From contig CP075492.1 of the NCBI GenBank assembly GCA_021613535.1, positions 9,362,001 through 9,426,000 on the forward strand: a DNA stretch of 64,000 bases, in the 5' to 3' direction. The position numbers were made by a program, and so were the translations under genes. The notes beneath the pieces are model-generated. The model was not told the origin of the DNA. It searched no databases and was given only the letters and a program-made list of their open reading frames with translations. The number at the start of each line of letters is the position of its first letter. Position 1 is the first letter of the stretch. This stretch comes from Adineta vaga. Lineage: Eukaryota > Animalia > Rotifera. Shown in pieces: positions 61,101 to 64,000 of this stretch.

Positions 61101-64000
61101 CTGGTATTGATGAAATAACTAAAACAGAATCGAATACGAATGAACAACATAACGATTTACTCGACAATTCAGGTATGATCAATCCAGAACATGGTATTCA
61201 AAATCTTGTTTTACGCACTCTGGAACCAAATATACTCTATCTTGATCCACATTATGATGAAAATGATATTGATCATCCGGAACGACAATGTTGGAAAAAA
61301 TTACGCGAATTAGTTGCACCTAATAGTACAACATCTGAAACCAAGCAAAGTCAACCACCACCAGCAACAACAACAACACGAAAACAACAACGAAGTGGTT
61401 CACAACCACCGAATGAAAATATACCACAACAACAACAAAATCAAACACGACTTATAGGAATAAATGCAACAACGGAAACACTTTTACTTTCATCATTCGG
61501 TTGGTTAATTATTGACGAAATACATTATGCAGCTTCTTTAGGTGGTTTAAAAGTAGATGGTTGTATGGGTAAGGTTCAAGGAAGTATTAGTTTATCACAA
61601 AGACTTCGTGCTTTACAATCAACAACCAATAATCAAAATACGAAAAAGTAAGAACAATATGACATCTTTGAACTATTCTAGAATTCTGTCAGAAAGATGA
61701 CAAATAAGATTTAATTGTACACAATTCATTGTTAAATTTGATTCTAGGTATGATGGTTCATTAATTGTTCAAATTGGTTCGACATCACTTTCTCTCAAAG
61801 AAACTCTTTCAACTTCGACTGATAATCTTTCACATACGACTATTCCTCCAACACATTCATCTTCTTCTTCTTCTAATATTTCTTCTTCTAATCGACAAAT
61901 ATCCGTACTTGATATCATTGTTGGTAAATCTCGTGCACTAACATCTCTTCAAACTCGTGGCATTAATCTAACATTAAGTGGTGTAACAAATATCGGTACT
62001 ATTGCTATGGATGTACCCTTACGACCTCAAGAAGTTCATGATCTCGTTAATCGTGCTGGTCGTTTAATTACATCTTATGTCCAAGAATTTCTTCCTGATG
62101 ATACTCAACAAACATCATTAACACCATCGACAGTCAACGTTGATACTGGAACTATCAATGCAAGTTTAAATGATACAATAGAAGAACCCAATATGTCAGT
62201 TCCATTGGAACGAACAACAACAAAGAAACGTCTAGGTGCACGCCGTAAAGATACGAAAACTCGAAATGTTAATCCACGTCCATTGGAAGCTCAACAAAGT
62301 CTCTCATCAGCATCAACAAAACGTCCAATTTTTGAAGCTCATATAACTGCTCATTGTCAAGGCATGACATTTTCTACGACACTTCTTTCAACATTAAAAG
62401 CTCAATATAAAATTGGTGTTGTCGAAGGTGTTGCCTATATTGGTGCTACAAAATCACGTTTTACTGCTATTATTCATGAGCATGCTCTTCATTTTCTCAA
62501 TAATAATAATAATGATCATCAACAACCTCCAACAGTTAGTTCAGATAATCATGTACGAATTGATTTTCCCGAAATACGTTGTTATGGAAATTATGCATTG
62601 CAAGAAGAACCAACAAATAAGATTAAGGGTCATTTAAATCTTCGAACGAAAATTGATTTACTTAAATTAACAATAACAGCAGATTTTCTTGCACAATTAG
62701 TTTTCGTTTCCAAAGTTATTATACATGAAATGAATGAAATCTTAGCGAAAGTTTCTGGTTTTGATCAATTTCGTTTTGGTTCAACTAAACATGGACGTTT
62801 ATCGTCATCATCAACAATACCAATCATGCGCATTGGTTCAACTGATATCGAAGATGAAGAAGAAGATGATGACGATGATGATGATGATGATGATGAACCA
62901 GAAAAAGATCAACAAGCAACATCTGCAACACCATTTACATATAAAATTGACATATCAATGAAAGGTTTTGAAGTTATGGGTCAAACACCATCGAATACAA
63001 TTGTTAAATTCGAAAATGGTGATGATAAAGTACCAATCTTTATTAAGCTAACAAATTATGATGAAAAAAATCCTCTTCTACTCTATAATAAACCATTGAT
63101 CAATGCGTTATTATACATTAAACTCAGTCTAGGACAACTTTTACATACAGGTGGTTTTCAAGATGCTGCTTATTTTAAAACGAAAGTCTTATTAAGAAAT
63201 TCATTTCAAGTAAGTTTCTTTTTTTCTATATCAAACTGATATTTTTGAAAAGATTCAAAATCTATATCGATCTTTCATTCTAGTTCGATGATCCAGAAAA
63301 AGAAGCCTATTTCATTCGTTTAACAAAACCAAGTTTTTATTGGCAACCTGGTGCCATTGATAAAGGTGATTTTAGTTCATATTAACACTTCATCCTAACC
63401 ATTATACTTGTCTGTTTTCTTATCGATTTAGGTATTCTCTTCTGGTTGAATTATAAGAATACTTATGAACATTGGAATGAACAACGTGGTGCATTTACCA
63501 CTACAACAAGTGATTCAACACGTTTACGTTCCATTGTTAATGTTCCAACATCGCCAACAACAAATAAAGAACTAAATCTTATGTTTCAATTACATATCGT
63601 TGATTTAGGTATTGCAATTCCACTTCAACAATATGATCCTCCAACAAAATTAACTACAACAGATAATCCAATGACACCAGGAATTATTACACAACAATCT
63701 GTAGCAACATTGGATGAAAGTAGTGATTTTCTCGTATTTACACTTGATGAAACAACAATATCAGCATGTTCATGTGGTGCTATTATCAGTTCAGGTTCAT
63801 TTGAAGGTTTTTGTTTTCGTTTCGCTGAAAACTTTCAACAAACAAATAACAATTGGAAACCAGAACGTTCATCATCATCATCATCAAATATCATTCTTAA
63901 TGCATGTTGTGTACCAAGTGGACAGTATTTGATGCATTCGCGTGCGAGACATATTTTAAATTCAAATAGTCCTAAATGGTATCTCAATGTACAATGGGAT
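52192..64000 (+). CDS. BLTP1: Bridge-like lipid transfer protein 1 (KIAA1109/tweek/LPD-3), 5' part; continues past the right edge
   Basis: N-terminal TM then LYHSRVQGIILSYILRRF, SISFISGSILFRNLHY, KDGCLVFRYW, YGPWADRQREALWQYFLP, HYPRIWN, FDPRYFRP, LIIRGHAMLS..ETLEYAW, KLKYDVLR, CACLGG, QEVNLSFIRLVYQF, spread over many short-intron exons. Confidence 0.9.

Noticed and set aside
62761-62961. Poly-Met ORF
   Set aside because: Alternative frame of the (GAT)n poly-Asp tract in BLTP1.

Overview
AT-rich, gene-dense eukaryotic DNA with very short (about 50-60 nt) GT-AG introns, so most ORF-track entries are exon fragments or antisense noise. The gene content (giant FG-GAP/VCBS-repeat membrane protein, intronless ART+TPR protein, divergent orphan rhodopsin-like GPCR, MOXD1-like gene) and intron size point to a bdelloid rotifer (inference). 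About 19 protein-coding genes can be reconstructed by eye: Shaw/Kv3 (5' part), a Lys-rich orphan, inversin-like ankyrin/IQ protein, F-box/LRR-like protein, tetraspanin, SLU7, an intronless polymorphic-toxin-like ORF, a single-pass membrane protein ending in a chromodomain, RSBN1L/KDM9, SETDB1, MED6, FDXR, MALSU1, MOXD1-like, a 28-repeat FG-GAP protein, a GPCR, an RGS gene, a CAP/GPI protein, an ART-TPR protein and the 5' part of BLTP1/KIAA1109. Best leads: (1) an animal-encoded toxin-like protein with a HigB/RelE-like C-terminal domain and no immunity gene (11195-12781); (2) a membrane-tethered chromodomain placed head-to-head with RSBN1L and next to SETDB1; (3) operon-like spacing with unpaired splice acceptors just before ATGs, suggesting SL trans-spliced polycistrons; (4) frame-preserving microexons with tandem TGCATG in BLTP1; (5) a CRE cluster plus TATA inside the RGS gene. 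All homology calls come from motif recognition; no searches were run.
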